In this document: positions 51,129 to 60,692 of the stretch, piece after piece
How the letters are laid out: each line of letters begins with the position of its first letter
Position numbering within the stretch: the stretch's first letter is position 1
Origin: an uncultured Erysipelotrichaceae bacterium
Lineage (GTDB): Bacteria > Bacillota_I > Bacilli_A > RF39 > UBA660
DNA: 64,000 nucleotides
Assembly (NCBI GenBank): GCA_902789425.1
Contig: CADANX010000001.1
Span: 16,206-80,205, forward strand
Direction of reading: 5' to 3'
Translations under genes and position numbers: made by a program
The notes under the pieces: model-generated
What the model was told of the DNA's origin: nothing
What the model saw: only the letters and a program-made list of their open reading frames with translations
The model's database searches: none

Positions 51129-51881
51129 ATGCTTATAGATAATCATTGTCACATATATCCTAGTGAAGTGAAAAATGCAAATGCAATAATTGAATCATGT
51201 AAAAAAGAAAACATTTATATGATATTAAATGGTATTTGTAAAAAAAGTAATTTAGAAATAATAGAATTATCTAAAAAATATGATAATGTGTTTGCATCAA
51301 TAGGATATGATCATTCAGTTGTAAATAAAATTACAGATGAAGATATTGATTTATTAGAAGAACAAATTAAGAATAATGATATAACAGCGATTGGCGAAAT
51401 AGGACTTGACTATTATTGGGTTAAAAATAATAAAAATAAGCAAAAAGATTTATTTAAAAAAATGCTTAATTTAGCAGAAAAATATAAATTACCTGTGATA
51501 GTTCATGCAAGAGATGCTGAAGAAGATGTATATGATATTCTAAAAGGATATAAATTAAAAGGATTAATGCATTGCTATCAAGGTAGTACTTCACTTGCAA
51601 AAAAATTTATCAACTTAGGTTACTATATTGGAATAGATGGACCAATTACTTATAAAGATAATAAATTAAAAGATTTAGTAAAAGAAATTGGTATAGAAAA
51701 TATTTTAATTGAAACTGATTCACCATATTTATCACCTAATCCAAAAAGAGGTGAAAAAAACACTTCATTAAACTTAATTTATATAGCAAAAGAAATATCA
51801 AAAATATTAGATTTATCATTAGATGAAACAATAGAGAAATTAAATAATAATTCAATTAAATTATTTAATATAGGAGTATAA
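51129..51881 (+). CDS. tatD: TatD-family metal-dependent hydrolase
   Basis: The start MLIDNHCHIY carries the HxH motif. GEIGLDYYW, the synteny with ksgA, and the upstream metG all fit. Confidence 0.9.
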   Translation: MLIDNHCHIYPSEVKNANAIIESCKKENIYMILNGICKKSNLEIIELSKKYDNVFASIGYDHSVVNKITDEDIDLLEEQIKNNDITAIGEIGLDYYWVKNNKNKQKDLFKKMLNLAEKYKLPVIVHARDAEEDVYDILKGYKLKGLMHCYQGSTSLAKKFINLGYYIGIDGPITYKDNKLKDLVKEIGIENILIETDSPYLSPNPKRGEKNTSLNLIYIAKEISKILDLSLDETIEKLNNNSIKLFNIGV

Positions 51882-51883
51882 GA

Positions 51884-52675
51884 ATGAATTTTAATTTTAA
51901 AAAGAAATTTGGTCAAAATTTTCTAAAGGATCAAAATATACTAAATAATATAGCAATAAAAAGTGAAATAGATAAAGAAACTCTTGTTATAGAGATTGGT
52001 GTAGGAGCTGCAGCTTTAACAAATAAATTGTGTGAAAGAGCTGGATTTGTACTTGCATACGAAATAGATAAAGAGTTAACTGAAATAATTGCTGATAATC
52101 TAAAGGGTAAAGATAATGTTAATGTTGTATTTGATGATTTTTTAAATAGAGATTTAAAAGAAGATGTTAGTAAATATAATTATAAAAAAATATATGTAGT
52201 TGCTAATTTACCTTACTATATAACTACACCTATAATTGAAAAAATAGTTAATTCAAATGTAAATGTTGAAAGAATTGTTGTTATGGTTCAAAAAGAAGTG
52301 GGTGACAGATTTAATGCAAAAGTAGGATCTAAAGAATATAATTCACTAACTATTTTCTTAAATTATTATTATGAAATAAGTAAACTTATGGATGTTTCAA
52401 GAAATTGTTTTATTCCGGCACCTAATGTAGATAGTATTGTTGTCATGATGCAAAAAAGAGATAAACAATATGATGTAAAAAATGAAGAAATATTTTTTAA
52501 ATTAGTTAGAGATTCATTTAAGTTCAAAAGAAAAAATCTAAGGAATAATTTAAAAGACTATGATTTAGATAAAATACTAAAAGTATTAAATAAGTATAAT
52601 ATGGATTTAAGTGTAAGAGCAGAAAAATTAACTATTGATATATTTGTAGAAATGAGTAATTCATTAAGTGAATAA
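51884..52675 (+). CDS. rsmA: 16S rRNA (adenine1518/1519-N6)-dimethyltransferase
   Basis: 263 aa with KKFGQNFL, IEIGVGAAALT and NLPYYITTPI. Confidence 0.95.
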   Translation: MNFNFKKKFGQNFLKDQNILNNIAIKSEIDKETLVIEIGVGAAALTNKLCERAGFVLAYEIDKELTEIIADNLKGKDNVNVVFDDFLNRDLKEDVSKYNYKKIYVVANLPYYITTPIIEKIVNSNVNVERIVVMVQKEVGDRFNAKVGSKEYNSLTIFLNYYYEISKLMDVSRNCFIPAPNVDSIVVMMQKRDKQYDVKNEEIFFKLVRDSFKFKRKNLRNNLKDYDLDKILKVLNKYNMDLSVRAEKLTIDIFVEMSNSLSE

Positions 52676-52716
52676 CACATTTCTTTTTTTTTCATAAAAT
52701 ATTTTAGGTGAAAAAA

Positions 52717-53487
52717 ATGATCAATGTTAATGATATAGTAACAAGAAAAAAATATAATAATGATATTTACTTTATTGTAGTAAAAATAGAAAATAATATT
52801 GCTTATTTAGAAGGTTTAAATGAAAGACTATGTGCAGATGCTTATCTTGATGATCTTGTAATAGAAAAAGAAACACCTGAAGATGACTCATCTATATTAG
52901 ATAGACTAGATATAGATTTAGATAGAAATAATTATTTTTATATTCCTGGAAAAATCCTTCATATAGATGCTGATAATAATTATTTAAATAGATGCTTAAA
53001 ATTTTATAAGTCAGCAGGTATAAACGCTTATGGAGTATATACAAAAGAAGAAAACATGAAAGAAAAAATAAAAAAGTATTTAAATGATATAAAACCAGAT
53101 ATAGTTATAATTACAGGTCATGATGCATATTATAAAAAGAAAGGTGATAAGGATAATCTATCATCATATAAAAATAGTAAATTCTTTTGTGAAGCCATAA
53201 GGGAAGCAAGAAAATATGAATCATCATATGAAAAATTAAAAATTCTTGCTGGTGCTTGTCAATCAGACTATGAAGAATTAATTAGAGCGGGTGCAAACTT
53301 TGCATCAAGTCCTAAAAGAGTTAATATTCATGCATTAGATTTATCAATAATTGCTTTATCAATTGCACTAACTGAAAATACTAAAGAATTAGATTTAATT
53401 AATATATTAAATAAAACAAAATGTAAGATTGATGGTATTGGTGGAATTAAAACTTATGGTAGCATGCATGTAGGTTATCCAAGATAG
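52717..53487 (+). CDS. yabG: sporulation-specific protease YabG
   Basis: The start MINVNDIV follows AGGTGA. GKILHIDADNNYLNRCLKFY and PDIVIITGHDAY match YabG. It lies between ksgA and veg as in Bacillus. Confidence 0.88.
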   Translation: MINVNDIVTRKKYNNDIYFIVVKIENNIAYLEGLNERLCADAYLDDLVIEKETPEDDSSILDRLDIDLDRNNYFYIPGKILHIDADNNYLNRCLKFYKSAGINAYGVYTKEENMKEKIKKYLNDIKPDIVIITGHDAYYKKKGDKDNLSSYKNSKFFCEAIREARKYESSYEKLKILAGACQSDYEELIRAGANFASSPKRVNIHALDLSIIALSIALTENTKELDLINILNKTKCKIDGIGGIKTYGSMHVGYPR

Positions 53488-53697
53488 GTGATTATGATTG
53501 AGATAAAGGAATTTATTAAAAATAATAAAGGAAAATCATTAAAACTAGTGATAGACGAAGGAAGAAGTAAGAAAGCATTAAAATCAGGAAAAATTATAGA
53601 TTATTATCCAAATATTTTTACGATTTTAGTAGATGAAAAATTGCTTTCTTTTTCTTATTCTGATGTACTTATAAAAAAGATAATTTTTGTAAAATGA
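53488..53697 (+). CDS. veg: Veg protein
   Basis: About 68 aa with GRSKKALKSGKIIDYYPNIFTILVDEKLLSFSYSDVL, matching the Veg family. The start is either GTG 53488 or ATG 53494. Confidence 0.85.
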   Translation: MIMIEIKEFIKNNKGKSLKLVIDEGRSKKALKSGKIIDYYPNIFTILVDEKLLSFSYSDVLIKKIIFVK

Positions 53698-53699
53698 TA

Positions 53700-53728
53700 T
53701 TGATTAATTAAAAATATTATATTATAAT
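53700..53728 (+). promoter_or_regulatory. sigma-A type promoter upstream of spoVG
   Basis: TTGATT (53700), a 17-nt spacer, then TATAAT (53723). Confidence 0.45.
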
Positions 53729-53761
53729 TTAATTAACATATACTAGAGAGGAGATTTTATT

Positions 53762-54058
53762 ATGAAAGTAACATCAGTAAATGTTAAAAAAATTGAAAAA
53801 GAAAATTCAAGAATGAAAGGAATCGCTTCAATATTATTAGATGATATTATTGCTATTCATGACATAAGAATCATTAATGGTGATAATGGATTATTTGTTG
53901 CTATGCCTAGTAGAAAAACTGCTACAGGTGGATATAGAGATATAGTTCATCCAATAACTCAAGAAGGAAGAAATATAATCGAAACAGCAATTATAGAAGA
54001 ATACAATAAAGCAGAAGATGATTCATCAGCTGAAGAAACAAGCGAGGAAGCTGAATAA
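53762..54058 (+). CDS. spoVG: septation protein SpoVG
   Basis: 98 aa with MKVTSVNVKKIEKENSRMKGIASILLDD...FVAMPSRKT, a canonical SpoVG sequence. Confidence 0.95.
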   Translation: MKVTSVNVKKIEKENSRMKGIASILLDDIIAIHDIRIINGDNGLFVAMPSRKTATGGYRDIVHPITQEGRNIIETAIIEEYNKAEDDSSAEETSEEAE

Positions 54059-54083
54059 AACTCTATTATTAGAGTTTTTTTTT
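54057..54083 (+). terminator. intrinsic terminator after spoVG
   Basis: AAAACTCTA-ttat-TAGAGTTTT followed by a T-run. Confidence 0.75.
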
Positions 54084-54126
54084 CATATTTTTTTATTTGA
54101 TTCATATATTAAATTATGGAGGATAT

Positions 54127-54420
54127 ATGGATAAAATTAAAGAAATTAGTATTAATTCAAATTTAAGTCATTCATTTTCAGTAACAGAAAGAAAAAGTAT
54201 TGTAATATCTGGTATTGTTAAAATTGAAAGTTTTGATAGTGAAGAGTTTTTGATAGAAACTATTCAAGGTATTATGAATATTAAAGGAGAAAATTTGGAA
54301 GTAGTTAAGCTTGATACATATCAGGGTAATATATCAATAAGAGGTAAAATAAATTCTGTAATTTATATCGATGAAAATAATAAAAAAGAAGCATCTATTT
54401 TATCTAGATTATTTAAATGA
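54127..54420 (+). CDS. yabP: sporulation protein YabP
   Basis: 97 aa counted from MDKIKEIS (GGAGG upstream). The segment KSIVISGIVKIESFDSEEFLIETIQG...LEVVKLD is typical of YabP. Confidence 0.85.
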   Translation: MDKIKEISINSNLSHSFSVTERKSIVISGIVKIESFDSEEFLIETIQGIMNIKGENLEVVKLDTYQGNISIRGKINSVIYIDENNKKEASILSRLFK

Positions 54421-54698
54421 GTTTATTACTTCAAATAAGATCTATTTTATTTTCATTTATATATGGAATATTTTTTGTATTCACTTTTAATTTAAATAAA
54501 AAATGTTTTTTAGATAAAAATAAAATATTTTCATTCATAATTAGTTTTCTATTTATTATTAATCATGTATTAATATATTTTTTATGTATTAGATTAATAA
54601 ATAATGCAATATTAAATATCTATTTCTTATTTTCTTTTTTACTTGGCATTTTATTTTACACTTTATTATTTAAAAAATTGACTAATTATTATTCTTAA
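54417..54698 (+). CDS. yabQ: spore cortex biosynthesis protein YabQ
   Basis: 93-aa multi-pass membrane protein. It has an ATGA overlap with yabP, and synteny supports the call. Confidence 0.7.
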   Translation: MSLLLQIRSILFSFIYGIFFVFTFNLNKKCFLDKNKIFSFIISFLFIINHVLIYFLCIRLINNAILNIYFLFSFLLGILFYTLLFKKLTNYYS

Positions 54699-54731
54699 TG
54701 ATAAAATTTATATGATAGGATGGTGAATTGT

Positions 54732-55016
54732 ATGAAAAAGAAGCAAGCAAGAAGACGTTTTTTAGTTTTTTTCTTTATTTATGCATTAATTACAGGCATA
54801 CTTGTTCATAACATAGGTTCATCATTTATTCAAATCTATGAAAAAAATAAAGAAAAAAAAGAATTTGAACAAAGAATTGTTGAATTAAAGGAAAAAGAAG
54901 ATGAATTAAAAGGAACTGTAACTAAGTTACAAAATCCTGATTATATAGCAAGATACGCAAGAGAAAAATATTTGTTTAGTAAGGATGGAGAAATTATAAT
55001 AAGAATTCCTGATTAG
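54732..55016 (+). CDS. divIC: septum formation initiator DivIC/FtsB family
   Basis: 94 aa counted from MKKKQARRRF. It has one TM segment, a coiled coil, and the C-terminal YIARYAREKYLFSKDGE motif. Confidence 0.75.
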   Translation: MKKKQARRRFLVFFFIYALITGILVHNIGSSFIQIYEKNKEKKEFEQRIVELKEKEDELKGTVTKLQNPDYIARYAREKYLFSKDGEIIIRIPD

Positions 55017-55024
55017 AGCATTGT

Positions 55025-55056
55025 AAAGTAAGTTTAATAAAAATCTTACTTTTTTC
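55025..55056 (+). terminator. intrinsic terminator after divIC
   Basis: AAAGTAAG, a 12-nt loop, CTTACTTT, then a T-run. Confidence 0.6.
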
Positions 55057-55090
55057 TTTTTTTTGTGTTATTATATAGGCGGTGAAACAA

Positions 55091-55471
55091 ATGAATATAA
55101 ATCAAATAAACATTTTAGTTCTAGCATATATAGGTGATAGTGTTTATGAAACTAAAGTAAGAGATTATCTTATTTCTTTAGGTTATAATAAAGTTAATAG
55201 ATTACAAACATTATCATTAAATTATGTTACTGCTAAAAAACAATGTGAATTTATAAATAAATTTATTGATAACAATTTATTATCAGAAGAGGAAATAGAT
55301 GTTGTGAAAAGAGGAAGAAATGCTAAAGTATATTCTCACCCCAAAAATGTAGATATAGTTACATATAAATGGGCAACAGCTTTTGAATGTTTATTTGGTT
55401 ATTTACATCTTATTAATAATGAAGAAAGAATTAATGAATTAATGAATTATGTAGTAGGTGGTTTTAAATGA
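55091..55471 (+). CDS. mrnC: mini-ribonuclease 3
   Basis: 126 aa counted from MNINQIN, with the motif LAYIGDSVYETKVRDYL. It lies upstream of rlmB as Bacillus yazC lies upstream of yacO. Confidence 0.88.
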   Translation: MNINQINILVLAYIGDSVYETKVRDYLISLGYNKVNRLQTLSLNYVTAKKQCEFINKFIDNNLLSEEEIDVVKRGRNAKVYSHPKNVDIVTYKWATAFECLFGYLHLINNEERINELMNYVVGGFK

Positions 55472-56154
55472 TAGTATATGGAAGAAATGTTGCAAAAGAA
55501 TTATTAAATAATAATACTAAAATTAATAAAGTAATATTATCCAAAAACTTTAGTGACAAAAACTTATTAGAAAAATTAAAAAAATATAATGTTACTTATT
55601 TAGATAGAATTATTATGGATAAAAAATATAACGGCAATCATCAAGGTGTAGTTCTTGAAATAGATGATTATAAATATGAAAAAATAGATAGTACAAAAGA
55701 CGATAAATTTGTAGTTATATTAGATCATTTAGAAGATCCACATAATTTTGGAGCAATTATAAGAACATGTGAAGCTGCAGGCGTTGATTCTATTATTATT
55801 CCAAAAAATAGAAGTGTTGAAGTAAATTCAACTGTTATGAAAGTAAGTGTTGGTGCACTTGATAATATGAAAATAGTTGAAGTTAATAATCTTGTAGATG
55901 CAATTAAAAAATTAAAGGATAATGGTTTTTGGGTTTATGGAACTGATATGGAAAATAGTGAAGTATATACGAAAGTAGAATATGATGAAAAAACAGCTTT
56001 AGTAATTGGAGCTGAAGGAAATGGAATTAGTGAACTTGTAAGAAAGAATTGCGACTTTATTGTTAACATTCCTATGTTTGGAAAAATAAATAGTTTAAAT
56101 GCCTCTGTTGCAGCAGGTATTGTAATATATGAAGTAGTTAGACAAAGAAAGTAG
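55468..56154 (+). CDS. rlmB: 23S rRNA (guanosine2251-2'-O)-methyltransferase (SpoU/TrmH family)
   Basis: 228 aa with the SpoU motifs DPHNFGAIIRT, LVIGAEGNGIS and SLNASVAAGI. Confidence 0.88.
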   Translation: MIVYGRNVAKELLNNNTKINKVILSKNFSDKNLLEKLKKYNVTYLDRIIMDKKYNGNHQGVVLEIDDYKYEKIDSTKDDKFVVILDHLEDPHNFGAIIRTCEAAGVDSIIIPKNRSVEVNSTVMKVSVGALDNMKIVEVNNLVDAIKKLKDNGFWVYGTDMENSEVYTKVEYDEKTALVIGAEGNGISELVRKNCDFIVNIPMFGKINSLNASVAAGIVIYEVVRQRK

Positions 56155-56160
56155 GTAATA

Positions 56161-56763
56161 ATGGATTATAAGGAAAATGATTATGAACTTATTTATTTGA
56201 TTAATGAAAATAATGAAGAAGCTAAGGAAATATTTTATAAAAAATATTCACATCTAGTAGAATTAAAAGCTAAGAAGTACTATTCATATGTTAAAAACAG
56301 TGGAATAGAATATAGTGATATTGTTCAAGAAGGAATGATTGGACTTTCAAAAGCTATTAATAGTTTTAAAGATGAAAAGAATACTTTGTTTTCTACATAT
56401 GCTAATAAATGTATTGAAATGCATTTATTATCTTTTATTAGATCTTCGACTAATTTAAAGAATCATATTTTAAATAATTCTATATCATTAGATTATGAAA
56501 TAAATTCTAGTGGAAATACTTTAAAAGATTTTATTAAAGATAAAAGTAATATAGATCCAGAAGATATAATAATAAAAGAAGAAAAGAATTTGGAAATTAA
56601 AGAATATAGTGATAAAAAATTTACTCCTTTAGAAAGAGATGTATTTAATCTTCGAAATAAAGGTTTAAAATATAGTGAAATTGCAAAGGAATTAAACATT
56701 ACTAAAAAATCAGCTGAACATGCAATGTCAAGAGTAAGGAAAAAAATTGAAAAAATAAGATAA
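56161..56763 (+). CDS. sigH: RNA polymerase sigma factor SigH (Spo0H)
   Basis: 200-aa sigma-70 family protein with regions 2 and 4. It lies between rlmB and secE-nusG, which is the sigH position in Bacillus. Confidence 0.8.
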   Translation: MDYKENDYELIYLINENNEEAKEIFYKKYSHLVELKAKKYYSYVKNSGIEYSDIVQEGMIGLSKAINSFKDEKNTLFSTYANKCIEMHLLSFIRSSTNLKNHILNNSISLDYEINSSGNTLKDFIKDKSNIDPEDIIIKEEKNLEIKEYSDKKFTPLERDVFNLRNKGLKYSEIAKELNITKKSAEHAMSRVRKKIEKIR

Positions 56764-56851
56764 TATGTTGACTTTTAGCCAAATGATGTGGTATTATTTA
56801 GGCAAGAAAGCACATAGGTGTTTTTTATTTTGGAATTAAAGGATGGTTTTT

Positions 56852-57058
56852 ATGGGTAAAATAAGAGACTTTTTTTCAGATATGAAAGTTGAATTTAAAA
56901 GAATAAGATGGTGTAAAGGAAAAGAATTATGGAGTAATGTATTAATAACAATATTATTTGTATTATTCTTTGCCATTTTTTTCGTGATAATACAATATTT
57001 AATTGCTGGAGTATCTTCAATAGATTTTTCATCAATTATAGATAGAATAACAGGGTAA
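56852..57058 (+). CDS. secE: preprotein translocase subunit SecE
   Basis: About 68 aa counted from MGKIRDFFSDMKVEFKRIRW, with a single TM segment. It lies upstream of nusG. Confidence 0.88.
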   Translation: MGKIRDFFSDMKVEFKRIRWCKGKELWSNVLITILFVLFFAIFFVIIQYLIAGVSSIDFSSIIDRITG

Positions 57059-57069
57059 AGGAGTAAATT

Positions 57070-57612
57070 ATGGAAGAAGCAAAACAATGGTATGTTGTAA
57101 ATACTTATTCAGGTCATGAAGATAACGTAAAAGAAAAACTAGAAATGCGTATTCAATCTATGAATATGCAAGATTATATCTTTAATGTAATTGTTCCTGA
57201 AACAAAAGAAGTAGAAATTAAAGATGGTAAGAAAAAAGAAAAAATTAAAAAAATGTTCCCAGGTTATGTTTTAGTGGAAATGATTATGACTGATGAGGCT
57301 TGGTATGTCGTTAGAAATACACCAGGTGTTACAGGATTCTTAGGATCATCTGGTAAAGGTGCTAAACCATTCCCATTATTTAAACATGAAATAGATAATA
57401 TCCTAGATAAAATGGGTATGCCTAAGGGAGAAGTTAACGTTGATATTAATGTTGGCGATAAAGTAAAAATTACAGATGGACCATTTAAATTAATGGCTGG
57501 TGTTGTTGATGTAATAGATACAGAAAACAATAAAGCAACAGTTTCAATTGATTTATTTGGACAAGAAACTACAGTAGAAGTAGAGTTAACACAAATAGAA
57601 ATTGAAAAATAA
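57070..57612 (+). CDS. nusG: transcription termination/antitermination factor NusG
   Basis: 180 aa with an NGN domain (WYVVNTYSGHE) and a KOW domain (GDKVKITDGPF). Confidence 0.96.
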   Translation: MEEAKQWYVVNTYSGHEDNVKEKLEMRIQSMNMQDYIFNVIVPETKEVEIKDGKKKEKIKKMFPGYVLVEMIMTDEAWYVVRNTPGVTGFLGSSGKGAKPFPLFKHEIDNILDKMGMPKGEVNVDINVGDKVKITDGPFKLMAGVVDVIDTENNKATVSIDLFGQETTVEVELTQIEIEK

Positions 57613-57615
57613 TTA

Positions 57616-57644
57616 TTGATTTTTTAAGTAAATAGTGTTAAAAT
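57616..57644 (+). promoter_or_regulatory. sigma-A type promoter for rplK-rplA
   Basis: TTGATT (57616), a 17-nt spacer, then TGtTAAAAT (-10 at 57639-57644). Confidence 0.5.
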
Positions 57645-57683
57645 TAACTCGCGCTATGTATTTTTATATATATAGATTGAAAA

Positions 57684-57714
57684 GTGGGAGGTCAAAAACA
57701 ACCGTTTTAACCAC
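57684..57714 (+). promoter_or_regulatory. candidate L1-binding mRNA structure in the rplK leader
   Basis: GUGG-GAGGUC-[AAAAC aacc GUUUU]-AA-CCAC. It shares GTGGGAGG.CAAAA...AACCAC with a second copy upstream of rplA. Confidence 0.45.
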
Positions 57715-57747
57715 TCGCGAAAAAAATTTAAATAGGAGGTGTTTTTC

Positions 57748-58173
57748 GTGGCAAAAGAACTTATTAACAAAATTAAATTTCAAATTCCTGCTGGAAAAGC
57801 AACACCAGCTCCACCAGTTGGTACAGCATTAGGACCTGCAGGTATAGCATTACCAGAGTTCTGTACAAGATTCAATGATGCAACTAGAGATAAAATGGGA
57901 GATATTTTACCAGTTGAAGTATATATATATAATGATAGATCTTTCGACTTTAAAGTAAAAACTCCACCAGCAGCATTCTTAATTAAGAAAGCAGCAAAAC
58001 TTAGCAAAGCATCATCAAAAGGAAGAAATGAGATAGTTGGTTCTATTACAACAGCTCAACTTCGTGAAATTGCAGAAGCTAAAATGGTAGATTTAAATGC
58101 TTATGATATTGAAGCAGCTATGAAGATAATTGAAGGTACTGCTCGTAACATGGGTGTTGAAATTAAAGATTAG
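57748..58173 (+). CDS. rplK: 50S ribosomal protein L11
   Basis: GTG start at 57748, 8 nt after AGGAGG. The sequence reads VAKELINKIKFQIPAGKATPAPPVGTALGPAG. Confidence 0.97.
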   Translation: MAKELINKIKFQIPAGKATPAPPVGTALGPAGIALPEFCTRFNDATRDKMGDILPVEVYIYNDRSFDFKVKTPPAAFLIKKAAKLSKASSKGRNEIVGSITTAQLREIAEAKMVDLNAYDIEAAMKIIEGTARNMGVEIKD

Positions 58174-58199
58174 AAATTTTACATATAGGGTTTACCTAT

Positions 58200-58225
58200 G
58201 TGGGAGGCAAAACCGATAAAACCAC
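58200..58225 (+). promoter_or_regulatory. second candidate L1-binding motif, upstream of rplA
   Basis: GTGGGAGGCAAAACCGATAAAACCAC, ending 6 nt before the rplA RBS. Confidence 0.45.
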
Positions 58226-58242
58226 AAAGGAGGAAAATAATA

Positions 58243-58941
58243 ATGGCTAAAAAAAGCAAAAAATATTTAAAAGCAATCGAATTAATAGATAAATCAAAAA
58301 GCTATACTAAAGAAGAAGCTGTTGATTTAGTAAAAAAGACTAGTACATCTAAATTTGATGGTACTGTTGAAGTGGCAATCAACTTAAATGTAGATCCAAG
58401 AAAATCTGATCAACAATTAAGAGGTGCTATTGTACTTCCAAATGGAACAGGAAAATCAAAAAGAATATTAGTTTTATCTAAAACTGATCAAGCAGAAGTT
58501 GCTAAAGAGTTAGGTGCTGATTTTGTTGGTGCTGAAGATATGATTCAAAAAATCGAAAAAGAAAATTGGTTAGATTTTGATGTAATTATAGCTACACCAG
58601 AAATTATGCCTTTACTTGGTAAAATTGGTAAATTACTTGGACCAAGAGGATTAATGCCTAATCCAAAAACTGGAACAGTAACTACTGATGTTAAAAAAGC
58701 AATCGAAGAAATTAAAAAAGGTAGAGTTGAATATAGAACTGATAGTTATGGTAATATTCATTCTATTGTTGGTAAAGTTTCATTTGATAGTAATAAATTA
58801 GTTGAAAACTTAGATGCTTTTGTTAGTGTAATTTTAAAATCTAAACCAGCTACAGTAAAAGGTAAATTTGTTAAAAACATATCAATATCTTCTACTATGG
58901 GTCCTGGAATTAAGATTGACATAAATTCATTTGACAAATAG
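58243..58941 (+). CDS. rplA: 50S ribosomal protein L1
   Basis: The start [13 protein letters not shown] follows AAGGAGG. 232 aa. Confidence 0.97.
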   Translation: MAKKSKKYLKAIELIDKSKSYTKEEAVDLVKKTSTSKFDGTVEVAINLNVDPRKSDQQLRGAIVLPNGTGKSKRILVLSKTDQAEVAKELGADFVGAEDMIQKIEKENWLDFDVIIATPEIMPLLGKIGKLLGPRGLMPNPKTGTVTTDVKKAIEEIKKGRVEYRTDSYGNIHSIVGKVSFDSNKLVENLDAFVSVILKSKPATVKGKFVKNISISSTMGPGIKIDINSFDK

Positions 58942-58959
58942 TAAATAATATTATAAAAT
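58931..58959 (+). promoter_or_regulatory. sigma-A type promoter for rplJ-rplL
   Basis: TTGACA (58931), a 17-nt spacer, then TAAAAT (58954). Confidence 0.5.
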
Positions 58960-58965
58960 AAATGA

Positions 58966-59100
58966 TGTTGAAAAAGTTATGTACCGAAGACAGTAAGTGC
59001 TAAATGCTTAATTTCTTACCGAGGACAATTACTTAATACTTTTAAGTCTTTGTCTTTGCGTACAAAGACTTTTTTAATATAAAATATGAAGGAGGATATC
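58966..59100 (+). promoter_or_regulatory. ribosomal protein L10 leader (autoregulatory attenuator)
   Basis: The position and approximately 135-nt length fit. It contains GUACCGAAGACAGUAAG...CUUACCGAGGAC and then the terminator AAGTCTTTGT (59044) / ACAAAGACTT (59062) followed by T5, as in Firmicute L10 leaders. Confidence 0.7.
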
Positions 59101-59598
59101 ATGGCAAGTCAAAAAATACTTGAAGGAAAAGCAAAAACTGTAGAAGAAATAGCAGAAGTTGCAAAGAATAGCTCTTCATTTATCTTATTTGATTATCGTG
59201 GTCTTACTGCAGAAGAAACTGCTGAACTTCGTGGAAAGCTTCGTGAAAACGATTCTAAATACAAAGTTTGGAAGAACACTTTAGCAAAAAGAGCATTAGA
59301 TAGTCTTAATTACAACTTAGATGGATGTCTTGAAGGTCCTAGTGCAATGGCATATTCAAATGATTCTATTGCACCTATTAAAGCATTAAGTGATTTTGCT
59401 AAAGAACATCCAGCTTTAGAAATTAAAGGTGGTATTGTTGATGGTAAAGTTACAACACTTGATGAAATAAAAGCATTAGCTTCATTACCATCAAGAGAAG
59501 GTTTATTAACAATGCTTGCAGGTGGCCTAATTGGACCATTAAGAAATTTATCTATCGCTATCAATATGTATAGTGAACAAAAGGAAAATGAAAAATAG
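59101..59598 (+). CDS. rplJ: 50S ribosomal protein L10
   Basis: The start [10 protein letters not shown] follows GAAGGAGG. 165 aa. Confidence 0.96.
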   Translation: MASQKILEGKAKTVEEIAEVAKNSSSFILFDYRGLTAEETAELRGKLRENDSKYKVWKNTLAKRALDSLNYNLDGCLEGPSAMAYSNDSIAPIKALSDFAKEHPALEIKGGIVDGKVTTLDEIKALASLPSREGLLTMLAGGLIGPLRNLSIAINMYSEQKENEK

Positions 59599-59611
59599 GG
59601 AGGAAATTAGA

Positions 59612-59983
59612 ATGGCTAAATTAAACAAAGAAGATTTTATTGCTTCATTAAAAGAAATGACTTTATTAGAAATCAATGAATTAGTAGATGCTATGAAAGA
59701 AGAATTTGGTGTTGATCCATCAGCTATGGCTGTAGCTGCAGCACCAGTTGCTGGAGGAGCAGCATCTGATGAACCAAGTACAGTTACTGTTAATTTAACA
59801 AATGCTGGAACTTCAAAAATCCCAGTTATCAAAGTAATTAGAGATATTACTGGTCTTGGATTAAAAGAAGCAAAAGATATAGCTGACAATGGTGGAGCTA
59901 TAAAAGAAAACATTTCTAAAGAAGAAGCAGAAGAAATCAAAGCTAAATTAGAAGAAGCTGGAGCTTCAGTAGAATTAGCTTAA
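59612..59983 (+). CDS. rplL: 50S ribosomal protein L7/L12
   Basis: The start [25 protein letters not shown] follows GGGAGG. It has an Ala-rich hinge and ends [11 protein letters not shown]. Confidence 0.97.
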   Translation: MAKLNKEDFIASLKEMTLLEINELVDAMKEEFGVDPSAMAVAAAPVAGGAASDEPSTVTVNLTNAGTSKIPVIKVIRDITGLGLKEAKDIADNGGAIKENISKEEAEEIKAKLEEAGASVELA

Positions 59984-60049
59984 TTAAAAGGCACGTATGT
60001 GTCTTTTTTCTTTTATGTGATATAATAAAAAAAGAAGTGAAGTGATAAT

Positions 60050-60637
60050 ATGAATCAATATTTTGAAAATAACAATAATTTAAAAAGTGATGTTAAAATT
60101 AATAAAGAAAATATTAATGGAACTGAATTTTATTTTTATACTGATAATGGTGTATTTAATAAAAAAGGATTGGATTTTGGTACAAGATTACTTCTTGAAA
60201 GCATAGATTATAGTAATAAAAGTTCTTTTCTTGATATAGGTTGTGGATGTGGACCTATTGGAATATATATATCAAATTTATCTGATGGTTTTATTGTTGA
60301 TATGGTAGATGTAAATGATAGAGCTATTCATTTATGTAAAAGATATATCAAAGAGAATAAAAAAACAAATCTAAATGTTTTTAAAAGTGACATATATGAA
60401 AATGTTGACAGTAAATATGATTGTATAATTACAAATCCACCTATACATGCTGGTAAAACAAAAGTATATGAAATAATAAATAATGCAAAAGATCATTTAA
60501 ATAATAATGGTGAATTATGGATTGTTATGAGAAAAGACCAAGGTGCTTTATCAATGATGAGAGATTTAAGTGATGTATTTACATTTGAAGTAGTTAAAAA
60601 GTCAAAGGGATTTTTAATAATAAAAGCATTTATTTGA
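60050..60637 (+). CDS. class I SAM-dependent methyltransferase (YbxB/RsmC-like small domain)
   Basis: 195 aa with DIGCGCGPIG and the NPPxH motif ITNPPIHAGK. It lies between rplL and rpoB, as ybxB does. Confidence 0.8.
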   Translation: MNQYFENNNNLKSDVKINKENINGTEFYFYTDNGVFNKKGLDFGTRLLLESIDYSNKSSFLDIGCGCGPIGIYISNLSDGFIVDMVDVNDRAIHLCKRYIKENKKTNLNVFKSDIYENVDSKYDCIITNPPIHAGKTKVYEIINNAKDHLNNNGELWIVMRKDQGALSMMRDLSDVFTFEVVKKSKGFLIIKAFI

Positions 60638-60662
60638 CAATAATTCACTCTTGTGTTAATAT
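60634..60662 (+). promoter_or_regulatory. sigma-A type promoter for the orphan ORF
   Basis: TTGACA (60634) overlaps the upstream stop codon. A 17-nt spacer precedes TGtTAATAT (-10 at 60657-60662). Confidence 0.5.
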
Positions 60663-60692
60663 ATGCCCAATTAATTTTTTGGGGGTTAACTT

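Noticed and set aside
59310-59940. 84-aa and 130-aa minus-strand ORFs within rplJ and rplL.
   Set aside because: They are antisense to highly conserved ribosomal protein genes. The Ala/Gly/Pro-rich translations are mirror images of the L10 and L7/L12 coding frames.
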